Below, one piece after another: positions 1 to 12,539 of a stretch of 64,000 nt of DNA. The translations under genes and the position numbers were made by a program. This DNA comes from Scyliorhinus canicula (lineage: Eukaryota). The notes under the pieces were generated by a model, which made no database searches, was not told the DNA's origin, and saw only the letters and a list, made by a program, of their open reading frames with translations. Position 1 is the first letter of the stretch. Every line of letters begins with the position of its first letter. The stretch is from positions 178,731,262-178,795,261 of the forward strand of contig NC_052148.1 of the NCBI RefSeq assembly GCF_902713615.1. The letters are read 5' to 3'.

Positions 1-81
1 ACTCCGCACAGTGACCCAGCGGGGAATCGAACCTGGGACCCTGGAGCTGTGAAGCCACAGTGCTATCCACTCGTGCTGCCC
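1..81 (-). repeat. HE1/V-SINE-type SINE, 5' tRNA-like head
   Basis: Reverse complement of GGGCAGCAC...GGTTCGATTCCC head shared with the other copies. Confidence 0.8.
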
Positions 82-659
82 ACTCTGATTGGTCCGTTTG
101 GCTGCTGAGCTTTGATCCTGCTGGTCTGGCTTCTCCGCAGGAATCTTTCGTGGTCTGTGTAGTCTGGTGTTCGTGATCTTCTGCCTTGTAGTCTGGTAGA
201 AGCCCCGTAGCAAGAAGACCTTCTCTGCCCTGTGTCCCATATTCTTAAGGACAAAAAACCTGAATGGAGCTGACTGGCCCCTCCTACAGGTGAGTTCCAG
301 GACAAAGGCCTGCTAATTGCTGGCAGGATGAAACTGATTTCATCAGTTTCTCCACAAAGGTTCAGTAATGTCTCTGGAGACCGCTGATCTCTTGCAAATG
401 GCTCAAAGTGGGCATTGAGGACAATTTTAATAATTTCCCCATTAGTATAGTGCGATTTCGTCCGGTCAGGGAAAAACTCATTTCAATACCATTGTTTCTC
501 CTGTCCTTGATTTGGGCCGTCCAGACCCTCCCGCATAATTTTCCCGTTGGCCCTGTCATGACTCATGGCCCTTCTTTGTTCTTATCCAAGATGGGTCTGG
601 GGTGGGGGGGGGGGGGGGGGGTGTATATTCTGCTGTCTGCCTGCTTGCAGACATGTGAG

Positions 660-1310
660 ACAGAATTCTCTGTTAATGGGGCTATGTCCCCACACCCATG
701 AGAAAATGGGCAGGAATCACTCAGGACTTTCCTGAAGAATAGCTAGAGTGAGTGTCCATTTTGCAGGGTGCTAACAGAGTACTCCACGCAGCTCCGGCTG
801 CCGATACGGGGCCCTGCACTTCTGGACGTTGGTCCGCGCATGCGCGCGGCGGCCGCCTATGGTGGAGGCTTCGCGCAACATGGCAGACCCACACAGTGGG
901 CCGGCCCCAACAATATAGGCCTCCCCCTCAGATTGCGCGCACCCGCCGATCGGTGCCCACCAATCGCGAGCCTGGACGTCCCCCCCCCCCCCCACCCCAC
1001 CCCCGTGGCAGATTCCCCTGCCCCCCACCAGGGCGGCCGCAGACTATATCCGCAGCCGCCACTCTGAGTGCCCACTGGGTGGAACATGAGTGAACCACAC
1101 CGGCGGGAACTCGGCCAGTTGCCGACAGAGGATTGCCGTGGGGGCCTCTTTCAATGGCCCCCAACCGGTGCTGCATTGACCGCGCACACGCGATTGGCGA
1201 CGATTCTCCGGTCCCCGAAGAATCACGCAAAGGTGTCGGACCCGATCACGGGTCTGACACCCCATTCTCCGCCCCCGCGCCAAGCGTGGAGGCTCGGAGA
1301 ATCCCGACCT
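660..1310. mobile_element. GC-rich Harbinger-type MITE
   Basis: CAGAATTCTC ... GGAGAATCCCGACC termini; CpG-rich body like the other copies. Confidence 0.7.
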
Positions 1311-3017
1311 TGGTTTGGATGTTTTCTGTACAGCATTTATCCTATTAAAATGGAGCAGTATCCTTTTCCAATTCTTGTCCAGTTTTGTTCAGTTTTGCTC
1401 AGTTTGTTTTTGGTTCAGCTGATGAGTTGCAATAACTTACATAACCCAGAATAATTGGTATATGGAATCCAAGGTTTCCTTCTGTACTGTCTGCTGCTCC
1501 CGCCGCCCGAGAAGGAGCTACCATTAGTTCTGTTTTCTCTGCCAACTTGCGAGCAGGTAGGAAAACCTCTATCGAGGCTGAAGGCTTGGAACAAATTCAG
1601 AGAACACTGTGGCATCACATAAGACTGCCGTAGGTGAACTTAATTTTTAGTGATCTGGTTTTGTTACAAGAGAGTGAGACATAAAGAATGGAAAAGTCCA
1701 GAGAACATTTTAAGAAATGAGGGGAAAACGGTGATTATCTAATGTGGAATCAAGCAATAAAAGCCCATTTCTCAGGGGTCATCGTGATGAATTATAAATT
1801 TTCAAATACCGACAATGTTATAGAGGATGACAATGCACCTTCTCATATATTTTGTACAATGGGGCCAAAGGGATAAAATATGATAGATCAGGGATTAGAT
1901 GCCGGTAGAGAAACTGGTGAACAGGAATGGGCTATTTTATCTCAAGGCCAACGACCTAAAGTGAGTTCCTGGCAAACACACTGTCTAAGGATCGAATAAC
2001 TGGAGGGATGAAAAAACAGTGGGATTGGTGTGGAAATCCACTTGAAAACATAAAAATTGGCTGAATGTCCAGAATAGTTGCCAAGATGTAAGGGCCATGT
2101 TCTAGAAAGAATAGAGTTTGAAAATGAAAAATAAAGGACTGGATTCTCTGTCCTGCCGCACCCCACCAGCAGTGGGATTCCCCATCCCGGCAGCCGGCCA
2201 ATGGGGTTTCCCATTGTGTGCACCCCCTGCCGTCGGGAAATCTGCAGGCGTGACTGCACTGCTGCCGAAATGGAGGGTCCCGCCCATTGGAGTTCCAGTA
2301 ATGGGTCAGAGGATGAATCCCAATGGAGTAAACTGGAGGATCCCGCTCTGCACACTCATCACCTGCCATAACAGGAGTCCCTAGACCCCAGAATCCTGCC
2401 GGGAACATTAGGGAGATTGTCCTCAGGTGCCCTCCCCTGATATACACACTCCCCCTTTGGTTGCAGGGATAACTCCAGCGCTGAAGCCCTGTTTGAGAGT
2501 GTTTCATTGTTGGCTGCTGCCTATGTGGTTCTGATGTCTCCAGCGTTCAGGCAAAGTGTCCAGGACTCATAGTTTGATTGGAATGCTAGGCAATAACACT
2601 CATCTGAGAAATGGCACGTGTACCCACAAGAACGCACTTGAGAATATTTTGTTTATTAAACGGTCAACAGTAACAAAGATTTGAAAATCAACTACATAAT
2701 ATTCCACATATCACACGAACCATTGAACAACAAGGAAAGAAATCTGTTCCGTATTGGTACAATACAATACAAATTATATCAGTTCATTTTCACAAAAAGA
2801 CCAAACTCATGGTATCACCCCTCATAGGTGCCTCTACAGAAATGGAGGTGATTTGAAACAAACCTGTTGGACTTTAACCTGGTATTGTAAGACTTCTAAC
2901 TATGCTCACCCCAGTCCAACGCCGGCATCGCCATATCATTACAGAAGCGGAGGATAAGCCTGAGAATGTGTTATCATGTCCAGAACTTTGTTGTAGAAAT
3001 GATCTGTCCATCAAAGT

Positions 3018-4030
3018 GTTACTTGTTCCACAGATCAGTGCCATTCTCCGTTCAGGAGCCGCAACTGTGCAGGCTCTCCCAAATGGCCCGATCTCACCAG
3101 AACCAATTCCTGACATCCACATATTCTATTGGCGTTCAGGGTGCTGATGAACACCCTTGACTTCCAGCGTGTTTAACCCGCAGTGACGTGCCAGTTACAT
3201 GCAGCATTCGCCACACCAGCAACTAAAGCGTGAACCACTCCGGCGTCGGGCCGCCCCAAAGGTGAAGAATTCTCCGCACCTTTAGGAGCCAAGCCCTCAC
3301 ATTGAGGGGCTAGGCCCGCGCCAGAGTGGTTGCCACTCCGCCGGCTTGTGTGAAAGGCCTTTGGCGCCATGCCACCGGGGCCGAAAGGACTTCGCCGGCC
3401 GGCGTAAGTCCATGCATTCGCCGGAGCGTCAGCGGCTGCTGATGTCATACCGGCGCATGCGCAAGGGAGAGGGCCCAGACCATGGTGAAGGCAGAAGAGG
3501 TGAAGAGGTGAAGACCATGGCGAAGGCGGAAGAAAAAGAGTGCCCCCACAGCACAGGCTCGCCTGCCGATCGGTAGGCCCCGATCGTGGGCCAGGCCACC
3601 GTGGGGGCACCCCCTGGGGTCAGATCACCCCCCCCCCCCAGGACCCCGGAGCCCGCCCGCGCCTCCAATCCCGCCGGTCAGGTAGGTGGTTTAATCCACA
3701 CCGGCGGGAGAGGCCTGTCGGCGGCGGGACTTTGGCCCATCGCGGGCCGGAGAATCGCCGCGGGGGGCCCGTTGACCGGCGCGGCGCGATTCCCGCCCCC
3801 GCTGAATCTCGGGGGGGCGGACAATTCGGGACACGGCGGGTGCGGGATTGACGTCGGCCCCGGGCGATTCTCCGACCCCCCCGGGAGGTTGGGGGCGGAG
3901 AATCCCGCCTAACATCTTCATCAGGTGGCTCATTTGGATCAACGTTTCGTACGAGGTCCCGCAACGTCTTCTTGATTCAAACCGGATTGCGTTCTGGACT
4001 CATACTTCTCCCGGAGCACAGTGTTCTAGG
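3018..4030 (-). pseudogene. TAF12: Processed pseudogene of TFIID subunit TAF12, split by a MITE
   Basis: The minus strand reads SGRSMSPERNPV*IKKTLRDLVRNVDPNEPPDEDV (about 4030-3910), then VANAAC/frameshift/LARHCGLNTLEVKGVHQHPERQ*NMWMSGIGSGEIGPFGRACTVAAPERRMALICGT (about 3214-3018). This is colinear with vertebrate TAF12 (RLSPENNQVLTKKKLQDLVREVDPNEQLDEDV...VTAACQLARHRKSSTLEVKDVQLHLERQWNMWIPGFGSEEIRPYKKACTTEAHKQRMALIRKT). No introns; stops at 3977-3979 and 3126-3128; 1-nt deletion near 3197. Confidence 0.88.
3215..3909. mobile_element. GC-rich Harbinger-type MITE, left end missing
   Basis: Right TIR GGAGAATCCCGCC followed by TAA; interrupts the TAF12 pseudogene. Confidence 0.8.
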
Positions 4031-4829
4031 ACGCTGGTATCTTATAAAACATTGTCCTTCTTTCCGGCTGCAGAAAAGGAAGGAAACAGCAACAGCAGCC
4101 TCCAGGCATCTGCAGCCACCAGCAGGAGCAAGCAGCAAACACAACCTGCAGCTCTGAAATGCTAACAATACCAATTTCATATTAGCGATGGCCTTCAGCT
4201 ATGCAGCCAGAGGCTGCTCACAACCAAAGGGAGTTAAAGTGACCGTCAGCATATAACCAAGAACATGGCTTGGTCCTGGTAGTGTTTGATAGGACAGACA
4301 GGCAGCAGCTGTAGTTGCCCCAGTTATGGGTATGCACAATATTGGAGGATCGGTCTGTAGGCCCCACAGATGCCAAGTCCCTCACCCCCATCCCAGGGGC
4401 GACCCCCCACTTATAGAACCCAGCCCCATGCCTAGGCCCACCCCCCCCCCCCCCACCTGAGGTGCCCCTGGGCTGTATGCTGGGGAATGGAAATGGCTAC
4501 TCACCTCCTCAGATCTCTTCAGCAGCCATTGCGCTAGCTTCACATTTTTAAACTGGAGTGTTAAACACGCAACCTCTCGCTGAGGAGCTGGTTAATTCCT
4601 GGGAGGTCGTTAGATTGGGCTTCCATATCGTTAATGAGATGGAGATTGCTCCAACCTGGTCTCTATTGGTGTCTCAGCATGTCTGGGCGAATCCAGAACC
4701 CGCCAAAGGGAGCAGGCTGGTTAGATCGCGAACTGATTCATGCCCAGTGTGGTCATGATTTTGGCCTCTCGCGCGATTCTGGTATGCCTGGATCGGCGCT
4801 GGGTGCAACGCAGCTGTTAAATCGCACCG

Positions 4830-5900
4830 AAGGTATATTGGGCCTGGAGTGATTATCAGACAAAATGTTCAGAATATTTTTTATCTCAAGGTCAAGTTCA
4901 CAATGGAATGTTGCTAAGCTTCAGGGATACATAACAAGACACAATGGCATAGTGGTTAGCACTGCTGCCTCACAGCTCCAGGTTCCCGGGATCATTTCCG
5001 GCCTCAGGTGACTGTCTGTGTGGAGTTTGCACTTACTCCCAGTGTCTGCGTGGGTTTCCTCCGGGTGCTCCGGTTTACTCCCACAGTCCAAAGATGTGCT
5101 GGTTAAGTGGATTGGCCATGCTAAATTGCCCTTATTGTCCAAAAGTTTAAGTGAGGTTACTGGGTTACAGGGATGGGGTGGAGGTAGGGGCTTAAGTGCT
5201 CTGTCCAAGGGCTGGTGCAAACTCAATGGCCGAATGGCCTCCTTCTGCACAGTAAATTCTTTGATTCTAAGGCAAGTCAAACCATTAGGATGTTCCTGGA
5301 ATACTCATCAAAGGTATCTGCGTTTCTGTTAGATCCCCCATGATTTTACCATCTTGTCTGGCTGTGGACACCACCCTCTTCACATCCTTCTGTTCACTAC
5401 TGCATCAGAGCAAAGTTAATCACTGATTTATAAAGCTACTTGGAATATAAATTAACCTGATTTCCTGGAAGTCGCACGATTCACCAGCATTGGCTGCCGT
5501 TTGAGTGAATTCTGGCGCTGTAACTTTCTTAACCATTGCACAAACCCAACAGATGAGTCACCCCAGCTGCCGCCTCAACATTTAAACTGAGACTTGCATC
5601 AGCTCTGGTCATTACTCTTATTTAATTATATTTCATCTTGACTTTTGTTGAGGCAAAAAGAAAAATATCCACAAAGGCTTTCACCTATTATTAGCCAATC
5701 TCTCGTGGTTTTCCTCAGGTTAGCATTTCTTGGTGGGGGAAGGGTTTGTAAGAACAGGTTCTGAAAACATTGGTGAGGGAGTTCCCCCATAGCAGGTACA
5801 AATGGATTTTTATAGCGTGGTGAGTGGTTTCGCAGATGATTACCAGTGTCTGGCAGTGCTGAGAGTCAAGTTGCAGTGTGTGTCAACACTGCTGGAGATG
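4830..5900 (+). promoter_or_regulatory. Conserved distal non-coding block A, unit 1 (candidate enhancer)
   Basis: Aligns by eye with 24910-25560 and with 38170-38320 plus 46945-47760. GAS TTCCTGGAA 5462-5470, AP-1 TGAGTCA 5554-5560, NF-kB GGGAGTTCCC about 5777-5786. Interrupted by a SINE at 4945-5268. Confidence 0.6.
4945..5268 (+). repeat. HE1/V-SINE-type SINE
   Basis: A/B-box head; central GGTTTCCTCCGGGTGCTCCGGTTT..CCCACAGTCCAAAGATGTGC domain. Confidence 0.85.
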
Positions 5901-6621
5901 GCAGGTGAAGTAGATTACACAATACGGATGTATTCGAGGAGAATCCCCAGCTGAAATGATTCTGGGTTCTGGCAGCATTTAGAGATGGCCGATACGAAGT
6001 GATTTATTATATGTCACAGGGTCTGTAGGCAGTGAAAGTCAGCCTTCAGGCGTCAGCAATTACTGGCAAATTCAGGCACAAACAACATACAATAAATTGA
6101 TAGGATTAATGAAATTTCAGAAAGTTAGTTTGAAGGCTCGAGAGGAATGTTCTTTGGGAGGATGAAAGTGATTGGGGGCGGAGGGGGCAGAGGGCGGCTG
6201 ACAGTGTGTGATGAGATGAAGGATGACCATATAAAGGTTTGATGATGGATAATACCTTTGCGCAGTGGCTGCAGAAGCTCATGGTAGGTGGATGGCATTG
6301 GTGTGGGTTTTTGCCACATGATTTAGACAAATAACTCAGGGTAAGATTGGGAATAAAGGAATGCTATATACTATATATATATATGGTACAATATTGTCCT
6401 GTCAGTAATTCATCCCATTCCACACTTGAGAAAGTGCACAAAGTAAGAGACTTTAGAATTCTTTGGCACCATTAGGTGGTGGAGGAGAATTCTCCCAAGG
6501 TTGACTCTTATCTAACAATACTGGCTACTGCAAAAAGCCAATAAGACATGAGGCTCCCTGAAGACAAGAGGATAAAAAAGAAATGATTTTTTTTGACATG
6601 CCAATTTTCTAGCTGGACCTT

Positions 6622-6970
6622 GGGGCAGCACGGTAGCATTGTGGAGAGCACAATTGCTTCACAGCTCCAGGGTCCCAGGTTCGATTCCGACTTGGGTCAC
6701 TGTCTGTGAGGAGTCTGCACATCCTCCCCGTGTGTGCATGGGTTTCCTCCGGGTGCTCTAGTTTCCTCCCACAGTCCAAAGATGTGCAGGTTAGGTGAAT
6801 TGGCCATGATAAATTGCCCTTAGTGTCCACAATTGTCCTTAGTGTTGGGTTGGGTTATGGGTATAGGGTGGAGGTGTTGACCTTGGGTAGGGTGCTCTTT
6901 CCAAGAGCCGGTGCAGACTCGATGGGCCAAATGGCCTCCTTCTGCACTGTAAATTCTATGATCATCTATG
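6622..6970 (+). repeat. HE1/V-SINE-type SINE
   Basis: Full head, V-domain and tail. Confidence 0.88.
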
Positions 6971-8554
6971 ACCTGCAATGGTACTCACTTATTGTTACAG
7001 TTGTGTGTTTTTCTATTTAATTTATGTATCTAAACTGCTGCTTCTTACTAATGACCAAGATCACAACACAAAAGCAAAATACTGGGAATGCTGTAAATCT
7101 AAAATAAAAAACAAAACACGGCAAAAGAACCATCAGGTTAGTTAGCATCTGTGGAGAGAAACAAGTGTAACATTTAAGGTCAAGTGACATTTAATCCAAA
7201 CTAATGAAAAGCGAGGCCAGATCCCATTTTGTGTCATTTGTGTCTCCCAAAGTAAATCCTACAGTATTGAAAGAAGGTCAACATCAGTAGACTCTGTATT
7301 GAGTTTGAGTGTCTTTGCCCTCACGTGCAGGCCGGTAACTGCCTCAACATCAGCTCCGTTAGCCAACTCCTTCCCACCCTCAAATTGGTTGCAGCAACAT
7401 TGAGCACAGGTCATGGATAGGAAGAGGCCCTCTAGAAATAAGTAAGACCCGTAACCTCTGAGCTCCAAGGCATCATAGCTATGGAATAACCCAAACAAAT
7501 GCTGGGGAACCTCACCTTCCCCTTTGGAATCCCCAGGTAATGTTTGCACGGCAATTGCCCAGGATGCTGGAACTTCCACTGGGCAATTACCCTGCAATTG
7601 GGACCATCCCAAAGTATAATATAAAATCCCCAAATTCTGATAGTTCCAACTGTCTTGCAATAATAATTATCCAGGAAGAGTTAGGAGAAATAAAAATGCT
7701 TCCAACTTCTGGGTAATTATACTGCTGACACTACTCTCGCCTGTGAACCCCCACACTGGGCTCTACCTCAACCGCACAAGGGTGACCACACCTCATCTCA
7801 CAAGTTACCCAATCCCCTGACTCCCCTCTCCACCCTCACTGACCATGCACCCAGACTATCCCCCCCGACCAACCTCCTCCCCCGACCAGCCAAATCCAAC
7901 CCCCCCCCCCCCCCCCCCCCCCCACTCCCAATCCTACCCACTTCCCTTAAAAACATACCTTCTTCCTGGCTTCTAAAATTGGCTGGACTTTTAAAATTAC
8001 CTGTTTTATAGCAGCTAGTGCTGTAAAAATGGAGCGTAGCTTCCTTACCTCAAAGTCTTCTGCCCTAAATGGATCCTTGCTCCGTTACATTATTCTCGCC
8101 GGCTTGGGCCAGAGGTTCGAGTAACACAGGAGCAGCTTTATTTCCAGGTACGTAAGTAGAAGTGGAGTGGTAATCCGACTCTAATTGCCACTCCACGGAC
8201 GTTACAGGCCTAAGATTCTTTTCGTGTGGGTCTTGGACGGGCAGTGCCATGACATGACTAATGGTAAATGCCGCACTGCTGATACCCCAACAGAAAACTT
8301 GAAATGCTGCCAAAATGGTTTTTGTAATTTGTGTATTATGAGGAGAGATTCTGAAATAATGTCCTCAACAGCATGCGATGATATTACAGTAAAGTAAACG
8401 TTTATTAAAAATATAGAGGAAAAATAGAACAAGATTACACTTCTAAAGAAGAATGACTTCACATAATAAACAGTATTTTAAAACAGTTCCAAAAGATTTC
8501 AATTTCAGCTACCCTAGGGCTAATCTTCCCTTATTCTGTTCAGTAACTGTTTAG

Positions 8555-9065
8555 CTTGGCACAGTGGTTAGTTAGCACTGCTGTCTCACAGCGGCAGGGA
8601 CCCGGGTCCAAATCCGGCCTTGGGTGACAGTCTGTGTGGACTTTGCACTTTCTCCCCGTGTCTGTGTGCGTTTCTTCTGGGTGCTCCGATTCCTCCCACA
8701 GTCCAAAGATGTGCAGGTGTGGTGGACAGGCCATTCTAAATTTCCCTTAGTGCAGGATTTAACGGCAGTTCACGCCGGCGGGAAATTACGGTCCCACACC
8801 AGCGCACAGATTTACAGGTGATGAGGGGTGCTGTCATCAGGAAATCCCGTTGACAAAGGCGGGTTCGGATGATCCCGCTGGTGGGCTGCCTCTGAAAACC
8901 ATGTGGCAGGATGGTCAGTAAATCCCTCCCATTCAGTCCAAAAATATGTAGGTTTTGGGGATAGAGAGGGGGAGTGGGCCTAGGTGGGGGTGCTCTTTCA
9001 GAGAGTCGGTGCAGACTCGATGGGCTGAATGGCCTCTTCAGCACAGAAGAATTCAATGGTTCTAA
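8555..9065 (+). repeat. HE1/V-SINE-type SINE split by a small MITE (about 8752-8930)
   Basis: The SINE sequence resumes after the insert. Confidence 0.75.
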
Positions 9066-10083
9066 AAACCTTATAGGTTTTAAAATCTATAGAATTCCAG
9101 GAGCTTTCACCATACAGATGACTTGGGGTGTCCTCTGAGGTATATAACAACTGGTTGTCCAGGTCTGGTCTTGATCACAATTTCTGCTGTGAGATCTGAC
9201 CAGCTACCCTGCTGTTTTCAGGGTGATTGAAGCAGCTACCACCTCACATAGGCTTCAGTACTTCAATGTGTTTCTTCCTTTCAATCTCTGTTGGTTCAAC
9301 CACTCCCCTCAGAAGCACTCTCTTCCCAGAATAGATTAAAGTCCTTTCTTTACTTTAGATTTCAGGCTTTTATAAAAAAGTAAATGTATCCTACCCTTCC
9401 CTAACTTATTTATACCTTTTACAACTTGTATATATCCCACTTTGAACTAAAACAACCCACTTCAAAACTACTCCTGTTGGTGCCCAATATTCAATTGAAG
9501 TTTCCCTTGGGTCATTAACATATCAAAACCACTTCTTGGAGTCATCCTGTCTCTTACTCCAATTATCATAATTACAACCTCCAACTACCTCTGCACAGTT
9601 ACGTTACCAAAAGAAAATTATTCCAATTCCTTGCTTCCTTGCCAGGAGGGATGCAGAGCTGGAAGCAACAAAGACCATCTGCACTGCTGCCGCAGGGAAC
9701 GTGAAACTTTGTGATTATGCCCCCTAAAGTCTTATTATTGACCTTCTTGAAAGCGTCTCCAGCTCGATATTCAGGCTTCAATGTAGCAAACAGCATTGGA
9801 TTTGCTGTTTGCTGTCCCACAGCTCACCTGCTGGACCTATGCCTTTTTGTATGCCGGGGTAGAAATCCAAAACTGCCCCGGGCTCACATGACATGGGTGA
9901 GCTCAACCCTGAACTGTCTGATGTTGTTGAAATGGTGCATTAAATGTTTCATCTCGTTTCATATGCTGTTACAAACTCTGACTGAAAATGAAAAGTGTTA
10001 AATCATTGGCTGCAATCTTGAGACCACATTCTCCGACCGCAGAATGGGTGGCATTGGCGGAAAATATTGCGAGAATCGGGAAA

Positions 10084-10325
10084 CGTGATTCTCGCCAGAG
10101 AGATTGCATTTTCCGATTTTCTATGCCCCTCGCTGGTGATAACGCATGATTCACACCCTCATATTAATACATTTGAATGAATTTAAATGCTGTTGTCGCC
10201 CCCCCGTGATTCTCGCCAGAGAGATTGCATTTTCCGATTTTCTATGCCCCTCGCTGGTGATAACGCATGATTCACACCCTCATATTAATACATTTGAATG
10301 AATTTAAATGCTGTTGTCGCCCCCC
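10084..10325. repeat. Perfect 121-bp tandem duplication
   Basis: cgtgattctcgccagag...tgttgtcgcccccc at 10084 and again at 10205. Confidence 0.9.
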
Positions 10326-10559
10326 CCCCCCCCCCCCCCCCCCCTCCATGATGGATGGGTGGGGGGTGAGAGTGGACACTGAGTGGGGGAATGCTGGCAA
10401 GGATTGTCGGGGGTGTATGCCCGCGATGAATGTTGTTGTGGGGAGGGAGTTTTCAGCAATGAAAGCCGGTAGCGGGGGGAAGAGCCCCCAATACCTCTGT
10501 AGTGGGGTCTGGGGACCGTCAGGCTGCACCGCTCATCAGGGCGCTATCTTTAAAGATGG

Positions 10560-12355
10560 GTTCAAACAAGCCCGACATAAATTCCGCTACCTGGGGATCC
10601 AAATAGCCCATGACTGGAAAGGGATCCACAAATGGAACCTCACCAGCCTGACGGAGGAAGTTAAAAAGGACCTGCAAAGATGGAACACACTCCCGCTCTC
10701 CCTCGCGGGGAGAGTTCAGACGATCAAAATGAACGTACTGCCCAGGTTCCTCTTCCTGTTTAGATCCATTCCGATCTACATCCCCAAGGCCTTTTTCAAA
10801 GCGCTGGACAAACTCATCATGGCGTTCGTATGGGGGGGTAAAAATGCTAGGATCCCAAAGAAGGTCTTACAAAAAACAAAAACCAGGGGAGGGTTAGCCC
10901 TCCCGAATCTACAATTCTACCACTGGGCAGCAACAGCCGAGCGAGTAAGGGGATGGATCCAGGAGCCAGAAGCTGAGTGGGTGCGTGCGGAGGAGGCCTC
11001 CTGCATGGGAACCTCCCTCCGGGCCCTCGCCACGGCAGCACTCCCATCCCCACCCAAAAAACACTCCAGCAGCCCAGTGGTGACAGCCACCCTCCAATCC
11101 TGGAACCAACTGCGGCAGCAACTTGGCCTGACCAAAATGTCGAACAGGGCTCCCATCTGCAACAACCATAGGTTCAAATCAGCACTGACCGACGCCACCT
11201 TCAAAAGGTGGAGGCAGGACGGGGGGACACTGACAGTCAGGGACCTATACACGGACGACAGGATCGCAACACTGGACGAACTGACAGAGAAATTTCAGCT
11301 AGCTGGGGGGAACGAGCTACGGTACCTGCAGCTCAAAAACTTCCTACGAAAGGAGACAAGGACGTACCCACAACCGCCACGACAGACACTACTGGAAGAC
11401 CTACTGGACGCAAGTATCCTAGAGAAAGGGAACTGTAGTGACATGTATGACCGACTGGTAGATAGGGACGACACCGTACTGGACGCAACAAGGAGGAAAT
11501 GGGAGGACGACCTGGGGATGGAGATAGGGTGGGGACTCTGGAGCGAAGCACTGCATAGGGTCAACTCCACCTCCACGTGCGCAAGGCTCAGCCTGACGCA
11601 ACTAAAAGTGGTACATAGAGCCCACTTAACAAGAACCCGTATGAGTAGGTTCTTCCCGGAGGTGGAAGACAGATGTGAACGGTGCCAAAGAGGCCCGGCC
11701 AACCACGCCCACATGTTCTGGTCTTGCCCCAGACTCGTGGAGTACTGGACAGCCTTCTTCGAGGTTATGTCCAAAGTGGTGGGAGTGAGGGTGGAGCCAT
11801 GCCCGATAGTGGCGGTCTTCGGGGTTTCAGAACAGCCAGATCTATTCCTGGGGAGGAGGGCGGACGCCCTTGCCTTTGCCTCCCTGATCGCCCGCCGTAG
11901 AATCCTGTTTGGCTGGCGGTCAGCAGCACCGCCCAGAGCTGCGGACTGGCTGTCCGACCTCTCGGAATCTCTCCAAATGGAGAAAATCAAATTTGCCATC
12001 CGAGGGTCAGACGACGGCTTCCACAGAACGTGGGAGCCATTCATGCAGCTGTTCCGGGACCTATTTGTGGCCAATGTACAAGAGGAAGAATAGTCGGGGG
12101 AAGGTAGCGGGAGGGGGGGGGGCTACAGGTTCGTTACGGGGGTTCGATGGCTAGCTAAGGCCCAAAACCAAACTAAATAAACATGTTGAGGGGGGGGGGG
12201 GGGGGGGGCGCAGTTACTACTACGAAGATGCTTACCTGTAAATATGTATGTTAATTTTTGCGTGTTTGTTTTTTTTTTTCTCTCTCCTAACAATTTGTAA
12301 TTTGTTCAATATAAAATATGAAAACTGAATAAAAACATTTATAAAAAAAAAAAAA
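10560..12355 (+). mobile_element. Young 5'-truncated L1-clade LINE (ORF2 C-terminal part, G-rich 3' UTR, poly(A))
   Basis: Uninterrupted frame to the stop at 12093 with FRYLGI, W..LPLSLAGRV..IKMNVLPRFLFLF, GGLALPN and a CCHC (CERC..HMFWSC). Poly(A) 12343-12355; TSD ATCTTTAAAGATGG at 10546-10559 and 12355-12368. Confidence 0.95.
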
Positions 12356-12539
12356 TCTTTAAAGATGGCGCCTAATTGCTTCGGAGCCGATTCCTGACTC
12401 CACAAGGCCCCACACTGCCAGAATGATGGCAAAGCGGCTCATGATACTGTGAGAAAACTGGTCTCTGCAACTCGAGAGTTATATGCCAATATTCTGTCTG
12501 AACTTGACATTTGTCAAATTCTGCTGAGATTCCGTCCAT

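Noticed and set aside
752-1454. Clusters of overlapping Pro/Gly/Arg-rich ORFs here and at 3173-3964, 15569-16115, 21010-21757, 47834-48463
   Set aside because: They arise from GC-rich, stop-poor MITEs and show no protein motifs (apart from the TAF12 pieces at the MITE edges).
83-2640. Possible decayed retroviral/gypsy gag-pol (CCHC-like C..CGYTCHFSDEC near 2595-2635, SPWNSPV-like near 285-305, minus strand)
   Set aside because: The motifs are short and frameshifted; cannot be supported without a profile search.
7215-10000. Conserved block C (vs 28960-29690) as coding exons or an antisense gene
   Set aside because: No reading frame is preserved between copies and no recognisable protein motif is present; treated as duplicated non-coding DNA.
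10267-12093. 608-aa ORF as a host gene
   Set aside because: It is the ORF2 C-terminus of a 5'-truncated L1, read through by chance from upstream MITE/poly-C sequence.
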